This document shows, one piece after another, positions 8,817 through 20,564 of a stretch of 64,000 bases of DNA. The stretch is taken from positions 1 to 64,000 of the forward strand of contig CAVQRT010000007.1 in assembly GCA_963715195.1 (NCBI GenBank), in the 5' to 3' direction. A program made the position numbers and the translations under genes. Within the stretch, counting starts at the first letter, position 1. Every line of letters starts with the position of its first letter. The notes below the pieces were generated by a model. The model worked only from the letters and a program-made list of their open reading frames with translations. It was not told the origin of the DNA and ran no database searches. The stretch is from Thermodesulfovibrionales bacterium (GTDB lineage Bacteria; Nitrospirota; Thermodesulfovibrionia; Thermodesulfovibrionales; SM23-35).

Positions 8817-8845
8817 CTTATACCGCACTTTGAAGTGGTTGTCAA
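8817..8845 (-). promoter_or_regulatory. Sigma-70 promoter
   Basis: Minus strand TTGACA (8845-8840), 17-nt spacer, TATAAG (8822-8817). Confidence 0.7.
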
Positions 8846-9034
8846 GCTTTTTGGAAACAGTTTTTTTGTAAATAAATTTGAGCAGTGAGGCATAAGGGTA
8901 AATCTATGCAATACTCCCTACTACTTATTGAGAACAATATTCCGCTTTATTGAGGATAAAAGTTATGCGGATAACAGAAAGAAAAATTGCTCCGCCATAA
9001 GTCCCTTCAACAAAACGAGATCATTTCAATCAAA

Positions 9035-9235
9035 TTACAGTTTAACTACATTGACCGCCTTGGGACCTTTGTCGCCTTTTTCCATATCAAAGCTAACTTT
9101 GTCACCTTCAGCAAGGCTCTTAAAACCACTGCCTTGGATGGACGTGTGGTGGACAAAAACATCAGTGCCGTCTTCAGCAGTAATAAATCCGAACCCTTTA
9201 CTCTCGTTAAACCATTTCACAGTTCCTTGCGCCAT
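9035..9235 (-). CDS. cspA: Cold-shock protein
   Basis: [15 protein letters not shown] and DVFVH RNP motifs; 66 aa. Confidence 0.97.
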   Translation of the reverse strand: MAQGTVKWFNESKGFGFITAEDGTDVFVHHTSIQGSGFKSLAEGDKVSFDMEKGDKGPKAVNVVKL

Positions 9236-9591
9236 TTCACTTGTCTCCTTTTTTTATAAAACTAAAATTACACCATATTATGCAGGTGTCTCCATCAAAT
9301 GTGAATTGTCATTTCAAATAAGCATAATTATATCAGGTTTAAGCGGTCTAAAGTTCAGGAAGTCATTATCCCTGCGTGTTTCCAAAGGTAGTCTTGCCCA
9401 CCCCAAAAAGTCTCCAGGCGTGCATATTTGCACAGGAAATAAATAATATGCAGATGCTGGAGGGATAATCATTCCTATGTGAATGATGACTATCAGATTA
9501 TCGGACCACGACCATTATTCCTGGACGAAATAAATGGCATCACTCGGGGTAACACAGGCTTGCCCGTGGGTATCTACATAGATCAGCTTTT

Positions 9592-10869
9592 CTACTGGTA
9601 TACCATTGAAGCAATTTTTACCGTCAGGTCCCCCAGCATGTTCGTATAACTTCCCAATTCGTTATCATACCAGCCGTAGATGACCGTATTCGTAATCGGG
9701 ATTTCAGGATCGGCAGGAACTGCTGACAAAGTTTCAGCCGGAAGCTTCAAGTGCTTGCCGACATCCAGGGAAATATAAGCTGTTCTTGTATGTGTCTCAT
9801 GACCTTCAATAATGGCAGCCGGTCCAATAAGCCCTATGATATCTGATGATACGTTTTGCTCATTGGTATATTTAATGTATCCTCTCTTTTCCCTCTTTGC
9901 AGCCTCCTTATAAATATTGTTGATCAGTTCAGCATTCACCGGTGGCTTGTCTATCTCGTCACGGAGGGTTATCACAAGAATAATCAGGGAACCGGTAGTG
10001 ATGGGGATGCGGACCGATTCCGCCATGAACCCAATCCTGTTCATCTCAGGTATAACCAGCCCCAGCGTTTTCGCAGCACCTGTGGTCGTCAGGATGATAT
10101 TGTTCATCACGCTCCTTGATTTTCTTAAATCAGTAGCTCCGGCCTTGGGAAGGCGGTCAAGAACCTCCTGTGTGCCTGTGCTCGAATGGATTGTATCCAT
10201 GGAGGCGCTGATGATCTTTTCAGGGCCGAAATAATCCATAAGAGGTTTCACCATATGCCCAAGACAGGTTGTCGTACAAGACGCACCGGAAATGATTTGG
10301 TGCTTTGCATGATTGTATTCTTCCTCATTAATACCCATGACGACTGTGATGATGTCGGACGGCATAGGGATATTCTTATCTTTCACTTTGAACGGTGCGG
10401 AGATTATGACTTTTTCCGCTCCTGCTTCCAGATGCCCGCGCACTGAACCCTCTGCCGCATCAAACGGAACCGTGGGATTTGTGAATTTCCCAGTGGCCTC
10501 AACGACAACCTTCGCACCATGGTTTTTCCACGGTATATTTCTTGGGTTGCGGGACTCTCTCAGCACTGTTACCGGTATTCCGTCTATTTTCATCTTGCCG
10601 TTCTGTTCATCAATATCAGTGATAATGCGCTCTGCCGAGTATCCGTACAGATAATGATGCAGGGAGCCGTATGTTGAGTCCTTTTCTATATATAGCGCAA
10701 CATCCTGGAGTTTTGTCCCTGATTTTCTCCCGATATTTACAACGATTTCAGAAAAACGTTTTCTTGCAATGTGGTTCCAGAGGGTCAGCTTGCCGATTCT
10801 GCCGAGGCCATTGATCCCGAGAACGGATTTTTTGTCAGTGAACGGTTTAGCCTTGATTTTTCCTGCCAT
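9592..10869 (-). CDS. gap: Glyceraldehyde-3-phosphate dehydrogenase, type I family, divergent long form
   Basis: GINGLGRIG, EATGKF, ASCTTTCL catalytic Cys, TTTGAAK, WYDNE. Confidence 0.88.
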   Translation of the reverse strand: MAGKIKAKPFTDKKSVLGINGLGRIGKLTLWNHIARKRFSEIVVNIGRKSGTKLQDVALYIEKDSTYGSLHHYLYGYSAERIITDIDEQNGKMKIDGIPVTVLRESRNPRNIPWKNHGAKVVVEATGKFTNPTVPFDAAEGSVRGHLEAGAEKVIISAPFKVKDKNIPMPSDIITVVMGINEEEYNHAKHQIISGASCTTTCLGHMVKPLMDYFGPEKIISASMDTIHSSTGTQEVLDRLPKAGATDLRKSRSVMNNIILTTTGAAKTLGLVIPEMNRIGFMAESVRIPITTGSLIILVITLRDEIDKPPVNAELINNIYKEAAKREKRGYIKYTNEQNVSSDIIGLIGPAAIIEGHETHTRTAYISLDVGKHLKLPAETLSAVPADPEIPITNTVIYGWYDNELGSYTNMLGDLTVKIASMVYQ

Positions 10870-10946
10870 TTCTCTTCCCCTTTCTGAACGGTTATTAAAT
10901 GGGTTCCCTGCTTCGTTTTTCCAATACTGTTATTATATCACCAGTG

Positions 10947-13900
10947 TTACAACTTCGGCGCTGTTTCGGCCTTTATTTCCTGTGTTTGATGCCTCCCGGC
11001 AAAAACCGACCCGTTCCGGCCGTCAATACTCAGGAAGTCGCCTACCTTAATGAAGCGTTTGTTGATCCTGCATCTTTTTTCCTGCTCCCATACAATCAAG
11101 TTATTACAGCCAACCACGCAGGTCTTCCCTAAACGGTTGGCAATAATGGAGGCATGAGATGTTGATCCGCCGCGGGCGGTAAGTAATCCATCTGCAGCGG
11201 AAATATGTCTGATATCATCTGGGACCGTATCGGCGCGTATTAAAATGAGAGGCGTTAAGGGATCCTTCTCCCTGAGATCCTGGATTTCATTCAAATCAAA
11301 GACAGCCTTGCCGCTCAGGGCACCGCCACCGACACCGATGCCCCGCGAAAGATAACTCGATGAAAGCTTCTTCGACGGGAGAAATGCCATAAAACTCTCT
11401 TCGCGTTTGAGTGCCATATCGCGTGTCTGCAGGATATAGAGATTGTCAGGATTTTTACCCTCGAAGGTGAATTCAATTTCCTGTGCGCCCCACCGCTCAC
11501 GGTAAATAAGATCTTTGCTGATCTGCAGAAGGGTGTTATAGAGTTCAGGAAACGTATCCTCAAAGGAAATCTCTGCAGAACGGTCTTCATATGGTTTCTG
11601 TTCATTCGACATTGCCAGCGTTCTTACCAGTCCTGAAACAATGTCCTCTCCCTGGGCACCAATTGCAAAGTCTCCCCAGAGCATAACTCGGTCCCCTGTC
11701 TCCTGTGGATTTCGGGTGAAGAGGACCCCGGTCCCTGAATTTATATCCAGATTACCGTAGGCCATTGCCTGCACGATAACAGCGGTTCCCCAGTTTTCGG
11801 AAATATTCATGATTTCACGGTATGCCTGGGCTTTTAGGGAATCCCAGGACTGAAAGACCTGTTCGATTGCTATCTCAAGTTGGGTGTATGGATCATCGGT
11901 AATTTCGATGCCGTTGTCCTTGACGGATGCACGGTAGGAGAGTGCCAATTCCCGCATCTGATCAGGTGAGAACTGGATTTTTCGCAGAACCTTAAACTTG
12001 TCCTTAAACGTGTTCATGATAGCATCAAACTGATCCCGTTCCATACCAAACGACATACCCCAGCACTGTAAAAAACGGCGGTAACAGTCCCATACAAACC
12101 AGGGCCTTGCAGTCTGTTGTATCAGGCCTTCACAGATGTGTTCATTGATCCCGACATTGAGAAAGGAGATCATCATGCCTGGCATGGAAATAGCGCCACC
12201 GCTCCTGACAGAAACAAGCAGAGGATTTTGGTTATCACCGAATACCTTCTTTGTTTGTTTCTCAAGTGTGGCAAGGTGCTCTCTGATGCAATCGGTCAGA
12301 TGTTCATGCACGTATTTGAAGCTGCTGACGGCTTTTTTACATCGAAAAACCTCGGTTGTTATGATGAACCCTGGAGGAACCGGTATCCCAAGAGATGCTA
12401 GTTTAATGAGGTTATGCCCTTTATTCCCCAAATGAATTCTGTCCTGTGTAGCCTTATTCGGGGTATGAATTCCGGACAGGGCTTTCTTCGGATCATAGCT
12501 CATAAGCAGATCAAGGTTATGCACATCAAGTCCCTCTGCCTGTTCAAATAAGGTTATCAGGATCCTGCTGATGAAGGTATCCAGCTGTTGGAGCCCGAAT
12601 GAGCCGGCAACAATCTCCCGTAGGAACTGCTCGGATATCTGATTAACAAACTCAGACTCACTCTGCCATTCCCCAGTCTGCTGATACTTCGGGAGAATGC
12701 GCTCAATCCCAATTTGGGGAATAATCTGTTTGAGGTTATTCTTAAAAACATTGCTGTAATGATTATTAAGAATGTCCTGGACCGCTTCAGAAAATCCTCT
12801 AAAGATATCAATGTATTGTGAGAAAGAAAATCTCCTGACTTCCAGTGCCACCGATAAGAGCTCGAGAGCGTTTTCGAGCTTAGTCGAGGATATCCCGTCC
12901 AGCTGTAACGCCTTAAAAAAAAGAGTTACATATTTCTCAATCTGGAAGAGGGTTGCACGCGTGATGAATTTCAGGTTTATCGTATGAATGAGTTCTTCAA
13001 ACAGGACAGTGGCAAGACTTTCGAGACGAAATGAGAGCGCCAGTGCATCGAATTTTCTCTCGTGGTATTTCCCGTACAGTGACGGTATGCCTGCTGCGAT
13101 GTGTCTCTTGCGGAATATGTTTTCGATAGGTTCATTCCTCTCCGGAGAGAGGATAATGTCTTTTAAGAGGCCGAGGTAATGCAGGACTCCTTCGAGACGG
13201 TCGGATATGGACCCGTTGGTGAGAAGGACGATTAATGACTCTGTATTCGGGAGCCCAAGACTCCGTGCATATTGCAGCTGTTCTCCGATGTCATGTGGAT
13301 CAAGTCGATATTTCCTGTTCAGTAATTGATAATATCTGACCGCAAGACATGCTCTTTTTTTCTCTCTTTCTGCGACTCCGTGAACACCCTCAGTGAGTGA
13401 AATTGTCTCTTGCTCGCTGAGATGGAGCAGGTCAGTAACGCGAGAATATCCTTTGCGCCGAAAAAGATCATTGAAAATGATGTTCAGATCATCGACGTAC
13501 GGGCCTGAAGTCTTGATTCTCTGAAAGACATCGTCAGGGAGAAATCCCTGTATGTGAGTCTTATTCCTTGACAGCCAAAAGGATATGACTCCTTCGATAA
13601 AATCGACTACCCGCGCACTGCTCTCAACGTGGCTTTGCTTGCGGAGGAAGTGCACGAGGGCATCGGCCCTGTGAGTTATTTCATCGATCTCTGTCGATAC
13701 CTCGCGCAATGGACCTTCTGCACCGATCTCGCTGAAATAGACAGGGAATACTTTGGCCATAAGCTTGATCAGATGATAGACAGGAGCGATGTCACTATTG
13801 AGGAGTTTTGTTACGTCCTTCTGAAAGATATCGGTGTCACTGATATAAACCCCGCACAACCTGAGATTAATGATCAACGCAGAGACGAGGGACTTTGACC

Positions 13901-15113
13901 ATTTCGGGTTATTCTCGATGAGATCGAGCCAGACGCGGATGTTCTGCAGATGGGTGAGGTTGGATTTAACTTGCCATTCGTCGGTAACCCCCGTAATGTG
14001 AGGATATTGAAACCCTATCGATATGACCTTTTGCAAATACCACTCGACAGGGCTGCTCATTTCTTTCCGGTAAATCTCATTGCCGATAATCTGGATGCAG
14101 GACAAGGCTGTCTCGGGAAATATTTGGAAACTGCTCTTCAATGCGGATAAGCTCTCAGCGATGCTGGATTTTATCTGCTCGGGGCTGCCAATCCTGACCA
14201 TCTGCGAAAGGGTACGGTTTATTTCCCGCAGAATATTTTCGTGGATAGCGGCAAGGCCCGGCATTTCCATTATCCTGAGGAGGTACAGCATCTTTATGCT
14301 GAGATCAGTGTATGCGTCGCCGGTGACGGCCAGTTGACCGGCGAGTTCCTCGTGGAATTTCACCAACTGCATGTAGCCCGGCAACGTGACGAGATGCTGT
14401 AATTTGGAGTATTGCTCGTCAATTTTTTTCAGATCTTGAAGGTTCAAAAGTAATTCTTTCAGGTGAGCCTGGGATACCGGATGGAAGAGTTCTTCAAGTT
14501 TGGATGCCTTTTTTTTGGTCAGCGCCAGCCGCGGCTCTTTTTTGAACCAATGGAACAGATCCTCCTGATTGAGCCAGTATGCGAAGTTCGTCGAAAAATA
14601 TCTGACAAGCAGTTCATTGAATACCCTGATGTTGAGACCGGCCGGAGCCCTGCCAAGGATGATCTGGCCGATTTTTTTTATCTGATGCGGATTTGTGACG
14701 AGAAAATAAAATTCCTTTTCCCCGAGCTGATACAGCCTCGTGAAACATGACTCCAGGAGAGGTGCATATTTTGCAAGATCATTCCGGCTGTCGGTGAGAA
14801 GTTTTTCGAGATAAAAGATGAGACTTTCGCACGCAGCTTGCCGGACGGAGGTGTCGGGAATTTCAATCGCTTCGAGAAATATATCGACGATAAGGCCGAC
14901 GGCACCCAGTCCCCGTTCATGATGGTCGTGCAGATAAAAATTCTTCAGGGCATGCGCACGCAGCTCGCTGATAACGGCCGGCCAATCCCAGTGTTCACTG
15001 CGCATTTCGCGGAAAAGCGGATCGGCAGCACTCAGGATGCCGGGATAATCTTTTATGATATCCCGGAGGATTTCATATCGGTGCTGCGCATCTGTTTGAA
15101 CGGGATCAGCCAT
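10947..15113 (-). CDS. PPDK-related dikinase: ~880-aa unrecognised N-terminus, ATP-grasp domain and phospho-His swivel domain, without the pyruvate-binding barrel
   Basis: LGNKG..L...GIPVPPGFIITT, PLLVSVRSG..SMPGMM, GEDIVSG, LYILQTR, ARGGSTSHA; the protein ends ~20 aa after SIDG. Confidence 0.85.
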   Translation of the reverse strand: MADPVQTDAQHRYEILRDIIKDYPGILSAADPLFREMRSEHWDWPAVISELRAHALKNFYLHDHHERGLGAVGLIVDIFLEAIEIPDTSVRQAACESLIFYLEKLLTDSRNDLAKYAPLLESCFTRLYQLGEKEFYFLVTNPHQIKKIGQIILGRAPAGLNIRVFNELLVRYFSTNFAYWLNQEDLFHWFKKEPRLALTKKKASKLEELFHPVSQAHLKELLLNLQDLKKIDEQYSKLQHLVTLPGYMQLVKFHEELAGQLAVTGDAYTDLSIKMLYLLRIMEMPGLAAIHENILREINRTLSQMVRIGSPEQIKSSIAESLSALKSSFQIFPETALSCIQIIGNEIYRKEMSSPVEWYLQKVISIGFQYPHITGVTDEWQVKSNLTHLQNIRVWLDLIENNPKWSKSLVSALIINLRLCGVYISDTDIFQKDVTKLLNSDIAPVYHLIKLMAKVFPVYFSEIGAEGPLREVSTEIDEITHRADALVHFLRKQSHVESSARVVDFIEGVISFWLSRNKTHIQGFLPDDVFQRIKTSGPYVDDLNIIFNDLFRRKGYSRVTDLLHLSEQETISLTEGVHGVAEREKKRACLAVRYYQLLNRKYRLDPHDIGEQLQYARSLGLPNTESLIVLLTNGSISDRLEGVLHYLGLLKDIILSPERNEPIENIFRKRHIAAGIPSLYGKYHERKFDALALSFRLESLATVLFEELIHTINLKFITRATLFQIEKYVTLFFKALQLDGISSTKLENALELLSVALEVRRFSFSQYIDIFRGFSEAVQDILNNHYSNVFKNNLKQIIPQIGIERILPKYQQTGEWQSESEFVNQISEQFLREIVAGSFGLQQLDTFISRILITLFEQAEGLDVHNLDLLMSYDPKKALSGIHTPNKATQDRIHLGNKGHNLIKLASLGIPVPPGFIITTEVFRCKKAVSSFKYVHEHLTDCIREHLATLEKQTKKVFGDNQNPLLVSVRSGGAISMPGMMISFLNVGINEHICEGLIQQTARPWFVWDCYRRFLQCWGMSFGMERDQFDAIMNTFKDKFKVLRKIQFSPDQMRELALSYRASVKDNGIEITDDPYTQLEIAIEQVFQSWDSLKAQAYREIMNISENWGTAVIVQAMAYGNLDINSGTGVLFTRNPQETGDRVMLWGDFAIGAQGEDIVSGLVRTLAMSNEQKPYEDRSAEISFEDTFPELYNTLLQISKDLIYRERWGAQEIEFTFEGKNPDNLYILQTRDMALKREESFMAFLPSKKLSSSYLSRGIGVGGGALSGKAVFDLNEIQDLREKDPLTPLILIRADTVPDDIRHISAADGLLTARGGSTSHASIIANRLGKTCVVGCNNLIVWEQEKRCRINKRFIKVGDFLSIDGRNGSVFAGRHQTQEIKAETAPKL

Positions 15114-15163
15114 TCTGAAATCTCCTCAATCATTATATAATACGATAAAGTGATATTTGGCAC

Positions 15164-15799
15164 ATGAAAATATGTGAGCTGTTTACCAGCATTCAGGGGG
15201 AATCGAGTTTTGCGGGCATGCCGTGTTTTTTTATACGGCTTTCCGGTTGCAATCTCAGATGCTCATACTGTGATACTACTTATGCATACGAAGATGGGAT
15301 TGAATTTACAGAAGAGGAAATCTTAAAGAAAGTCAGGAATGCAGGAATGAATCTTGTCGAAGTCACCGGTGGGGAACCCCTGATCCAACCAGAGGTATAT
15401 CATATGATACAGATGCTTCTCGAAGAGGGGCGGTCGGTTTTACTCGAGACAAACGGTTCACAAAGCATTAGGGGAGTTGATAGAAGGGCAATCATTATAC
15501 TCGACATAAAGACACCAGGAAGCGGAATGAGTGGCAGAATGGATTTTTCAAATCTTGATGCGATTGGGAAACATGATGAAGTGAAGTTTGTCATTACAGA
15601 CAGGAATGATTATGAATGGGCAAAGGACATCATGCATACCTTTCGTCTTGCTCAAAAATGCAGTCTCCTTATTTCGCCTGCTTTCGGCTTTACCCGTGCG
15701 GAAGACCTTGCACGATGGATGATCGATGATAGACTCCCTGCACGTTTGAATCTCCAGCTTCATAAATATATATTTGGTTCTGAAAAAAGAAGAGTATAA
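15164..15799 (+). CDS. queE: 7-carboxy-7-deazaguanine synthase (radical SAM)
   Basis: ELFTSIQGES, CNLRCSYCDT, TGGEPL, LETNG, LQLHK. Confidence 0.9.
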   Translation: MKICELFTSIQGESSFAGMPCFFIRLSGCNLRCSYCDTTYAYEDGIEFTEEEILKKVRNAGMNLVEVTGGEPLIQPEVYHMIQMLLEEGRSVLLETNGSQSIRGVDRRAIIILDIKTPGSGMSGRMDFSNLDAIGKHDEVKFVITDRNDYEWAKDIMHTFRLAQKCSLLISPAFGFTRAEDLARWMIDDRLPARLNLQLHKYIFGSEKRRV

Positions 15800-15829
15800 T
15801 TGTAATATGCAAAACAGTGGTGCAAGCGC

Positions 15830-17938
15830 ATGAAAGGGAACTTTCCGCATCTCCCCGAACGGATTTCAGGGCTCGCAGATATTGCATACAATCTCTGGTG
15901 GAGCTGGCATCCTTCTGCAAGAATGCTCTTTAAGCTTTTGGACAGGATTGCGTGGAAGGAAAGTGGGCATAATCCTGTCGGAATGCTGAAAGACCTTCCT
16001 GCTGAGATCTTGATCTCAGCTGCACAAAATCCTGATTATCTGAATCATTACGATTCTGTGATGTTACAGTTCCATGAAGATATCGAAACCAGGATTTGCT
16101 GGTTTGCAGAGAATGTACGGGAGGCGAGCTGCCATCCCGTTGCATTCTTTTCTGCTGAATACGGACTGCATCGTTCCCTGCCGTTTTATGCGGGTGGATT
16201 AGGATTCCTGGCAGGAGATTATATCAAGGAATGCAGTGACCTCGGTGTCCCTGTGGTTGCGATGGGATTCATGTATCCGGAAGGATATCTTCGACAGAAG
16301 ATAAGAATGGACGGATGGCAGGATGATGTGCGTGAAGTCCTTGACAGGGACGCAGCTCCCATTGAGCGGGTCCTCAACGAAAAGGGTGAACAAATTATTG
16401 TCAGGGTTCCTTTCATGGAGCCACCGATTTATATAGCAGTCTGGAAGGTGGCCGTCGGGAAGATTCCTTTGTACCTTATGGATACGGATATTGAGCAGAA
16501 TGAACCATGGAATAGAGGAATCACTGCTCGGCTTTATATAGGTGATGTCGAACAACGTCTCCGTCAGGAGATGGTGCTCGGAATTGGTGGCATAGCAGTA
16601 CTGGACAACCTCAAAATCAGGCATTCCATTATACATCTTAACGAGGGGCACTCTGCCTTTGCAATTTTGGAGCGCATCAGGGAGAGGATTGAAGCAGGGA
16701 CTGCATTTAAGGACGCAGTCGAACAGACCCGGGCAACCACCGTATTCACTACTCATACCCCTGTGCCTGCGGGTCATGATGTCTTTCCATTTCATCTCAT
16801 GGACAAGTATTTCATGCATTGTTATCCCTTTCTTGGACTGACCCGTGAGCAATTCCTCGAGATGGGAACGAATCCGAAAGAGCCCGGAGCAGGCTTCAAC
16901 ATGACGACATTCTCCCTGAGGTTGTCCGCTTATACCAATAGTGTTAGCAGAAAACATGGCGAAGTGACACGAAGGATGTGGCACCATTTGTGGCCCGAGA
17001 GGAAAGATGATGATGTCCCGATCATCTCTATCACCAATGGTATCCATGTGCCCACATGGGTTGAACCGAAGATCGAGCTCCTTTTCAATAAATATCTTGG
17101 TCCAAGGTGGCGCGAAGAACAGGATGATCCTGCAGTATGGGAGTTGATCGATACAATTCCGGACCAGGAATTATGGAAAGTCCATTACTGGCTGAAGATA
17201 AAGTTGTTAAACTTTGTCAGGGAACAGGCTCGCAGACGCTGGATCGAAAACAGGGTAAATCCGGTTAACATCATTTCCAACGGAGTATTGCTTGATCCGA
17301 CAGCACTCACCATTGGTTTTGCACGGCGCTTTGCTGCGTATAAAAGGGCGGATCTCATCTTCAGAAATCCGGATCGATTGAAGGGAATTTTAAATCACCG
17401 CTGGCGGCCTCTCCAGATCATATTTGCGGGTAAATCTCACCCTGCTGATGATGAAGGGAAGAGGATACTGCAGAGAATATTTACTCTCGCGCACGATCCT
17501 GAACTGAGCGGAAGAATTGCCTTTGTTGAGAACTATGATGAGCAGCTCGCCCAATACATGGTTCACGGTGTCGATCTCTGGCTCAATAATCCGATGCCCC
17601 CGCTGGAAGCATGCGGAACGAGCGGAATGAAGGCGACGCTGAACAGCGTTCCTCACCTCAGCATTCTTGACGGGTGGTGGATTGAGGGTTTCAGCGGGAA
17701 GAACGGGTGGGCTTTTTCCGGCGATGGGGATGAGAGGGATGCAGAGGCTATGTATCAGCTCCTCGAAACAGAGATCGTTCCCCTGTATTACAAGCTCGAT
17801 GATTCCGGTATTCCGATTGACTGGGTGAAAATTATGAAGCAGGCAATCAAGCATACTGGTGCACAGTTTAGCGCGCGCCGCATGGTAAAAGAATATGCAT
17901 TGACTTTCTATCAGAATGCCATGAAATCGGTGTCGTAA
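15830..17938 (+). CDS. glgP: Alpha-glucan (glycogen/maltodextrin) phosphorylase
   Basis: NLWWSW, YAGGLG.LAGD, HLNEGH, FARRFAAYKR, EACGTSGMK (PLP lysine). Confidence 0.95.
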   Translation: MKGNFPHLPERISGLADIAYNLWWSWHPSARMLFKLLDRIAWKESGHNPVGMLKDLPAEILISAAQNPDYLNHYDSVMLQFHEDIETRICWFAENVREASCHPVAFFSAEYGLHRSLPFYAGGLGFLAGDYIKECSDLGVPVVAMGFMYPEGYLRQKIRMDGWQDDVREVLDRDAAPIERVLNEKGEQIIVRVPFMEPPIYIAVWKVAVGKIPLYLMDTDIEQNEPWNRGITARLYIGDVEQRLRQEMVLGIGGIAVLDNLKIRHSIIHLNEGHSAFAILERIRERIEAGTAFKDAVEQTRATTVFTTHTPVPAGHDVFPFHLMDKYFMHCYPFLGLTREQFLEMGTNPKEPGAGFNMTTFSLRLSAYTNSVSRKHGEVTRRMWHHLWPERKDDDVPIISITNGIHVPTWVEPKIELLFNKYLGPRWREEQDDPAVWELIDTIPDQELWKVHYWLKIKLLNFVREQARRRWIENRVNPVNIISNGVLLDPTALTIGFARRFAAYKRADLIFRNPDRLKGILNHRWRPLQIIFAGKSHPADDEGKRILQRIFTLAHDPELSGRIAFVENYDEQLAQYMVHGVDLWLNNPMPPLEACGTSGMKATLNSVPHLSILDGWWIEGFSGKNGWAFSGDGDERDAEAMYQLLETEIVPLYYKLDDSGIPIDWVKIMKQAIKHTGAQFSARRMVKEYALTFYQNAMKSVS

Positions 17939-17971
17939 ATGATCGAATGGTGAAGATGCTCCCGGTAGTAA

Positions 17972-19728
<1,757 letters not shown>

Positions 19729-19790
19729 ATAGTAGATAGGACACCAAAAAACTTATGACAACTAATAGCAGATAACTGACAGGGAGGAAT

Positions 19791-20453
19791 ATGATGGGTG
19801 AAGTTCCAAAAGGAGCTATTCTTCAGAGGGACAAAGAGACCTATGCGATTGTACCGAGGATTCCGATGGGAATTGTAACACCGGAAATCCTGGAGAAACT
19901 GGCGCAGATTGCGCGCAGATATCATGTCAGGATTATCAAGATAACCTCCGGTCAGCGCATTGCACTGGTAGGATTCAAGGCAGAGGACATTCCGGAGGTA
20001 TGGAAAGAGCTTGGTATTGAGGTTGGTCCTGCTGAAGGGTTGTGCGTTCATTATGTCCAGTCATGTCCGGGGACAGAAACCTGCAAATTCGGACAGGGCG
20101 ACTCTCTTGGGCTTGCTGCAAAAATAGAGAAAATGTTTGTCGGCAGAGAAGACACAGTTCCTGCAAAAACGAAATTCGGAATATCGGGATGCACGCTGAA
20201 CTGTGCCGAAAGCTATCTCAGGGATTTTGGCGCCTTTGCGACGCCGAAAGGCTGGACCGTGGTTGTCGGCGGGAATTCAGGAGGAAGACCTCGGATAGGC
20301 AATGTCATTGCGGAGAATCTGACTGAAGAAGGAGTTCTCTCACTCCTGCGGAAGTGTCTTGAGTACTATGCGAAGCATGCAAAAGCAAGAGAGCGGATGC
20401 CGAGATTTGTCGAACGGATAGGGGTGGAAGAATTCAAAAAGGCCCTGATGTAG
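19791..20453 (+). CDS. Small nitrite/sulfite reductase-family siroheme/4Fe-4S protein
   Basis: KITSGQRI, CPGTETC and SGCTLNC ligand set; ferredoxin-like half domain. Confidence 0.8.
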   Translation: MMGEVPKGAILQRDKETYAIVPRIPMGIVTPEILEKLAQIARRYHVRIIKITSGQRIALVGFKAEDIPEVWKELGIEVGPAEGLCVHYVQSCPGTETCKFGQGDSLGLAAKIEKMFVGREDTVPAKTKFGISGCTLNCAESYLRDFGAFATPKGWTVVVGGNSGGRPRIGNVIAENLTEEGVLSLLRKCLEYYAKHAKARERMPRFVERIGVEEFKKALM

Positions 20454-20564
20454 AGGTCAGCAAATTGCGCCTCAGGGGACTCTTTTTCCTCACAGGCGAA
20501 TTTGATATGGAACACGGAAGGATATTGTTGTTAACAGTACTATTTATCAATGAGAGGAGGCAGT

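Noticed and set aside
8791..9576. 11-bp direct repeat GTGGGTATCTA flanking cspA as a target-site duplication
   Set aside because: No terminal inverted repeats or transposase; short enough to be chance
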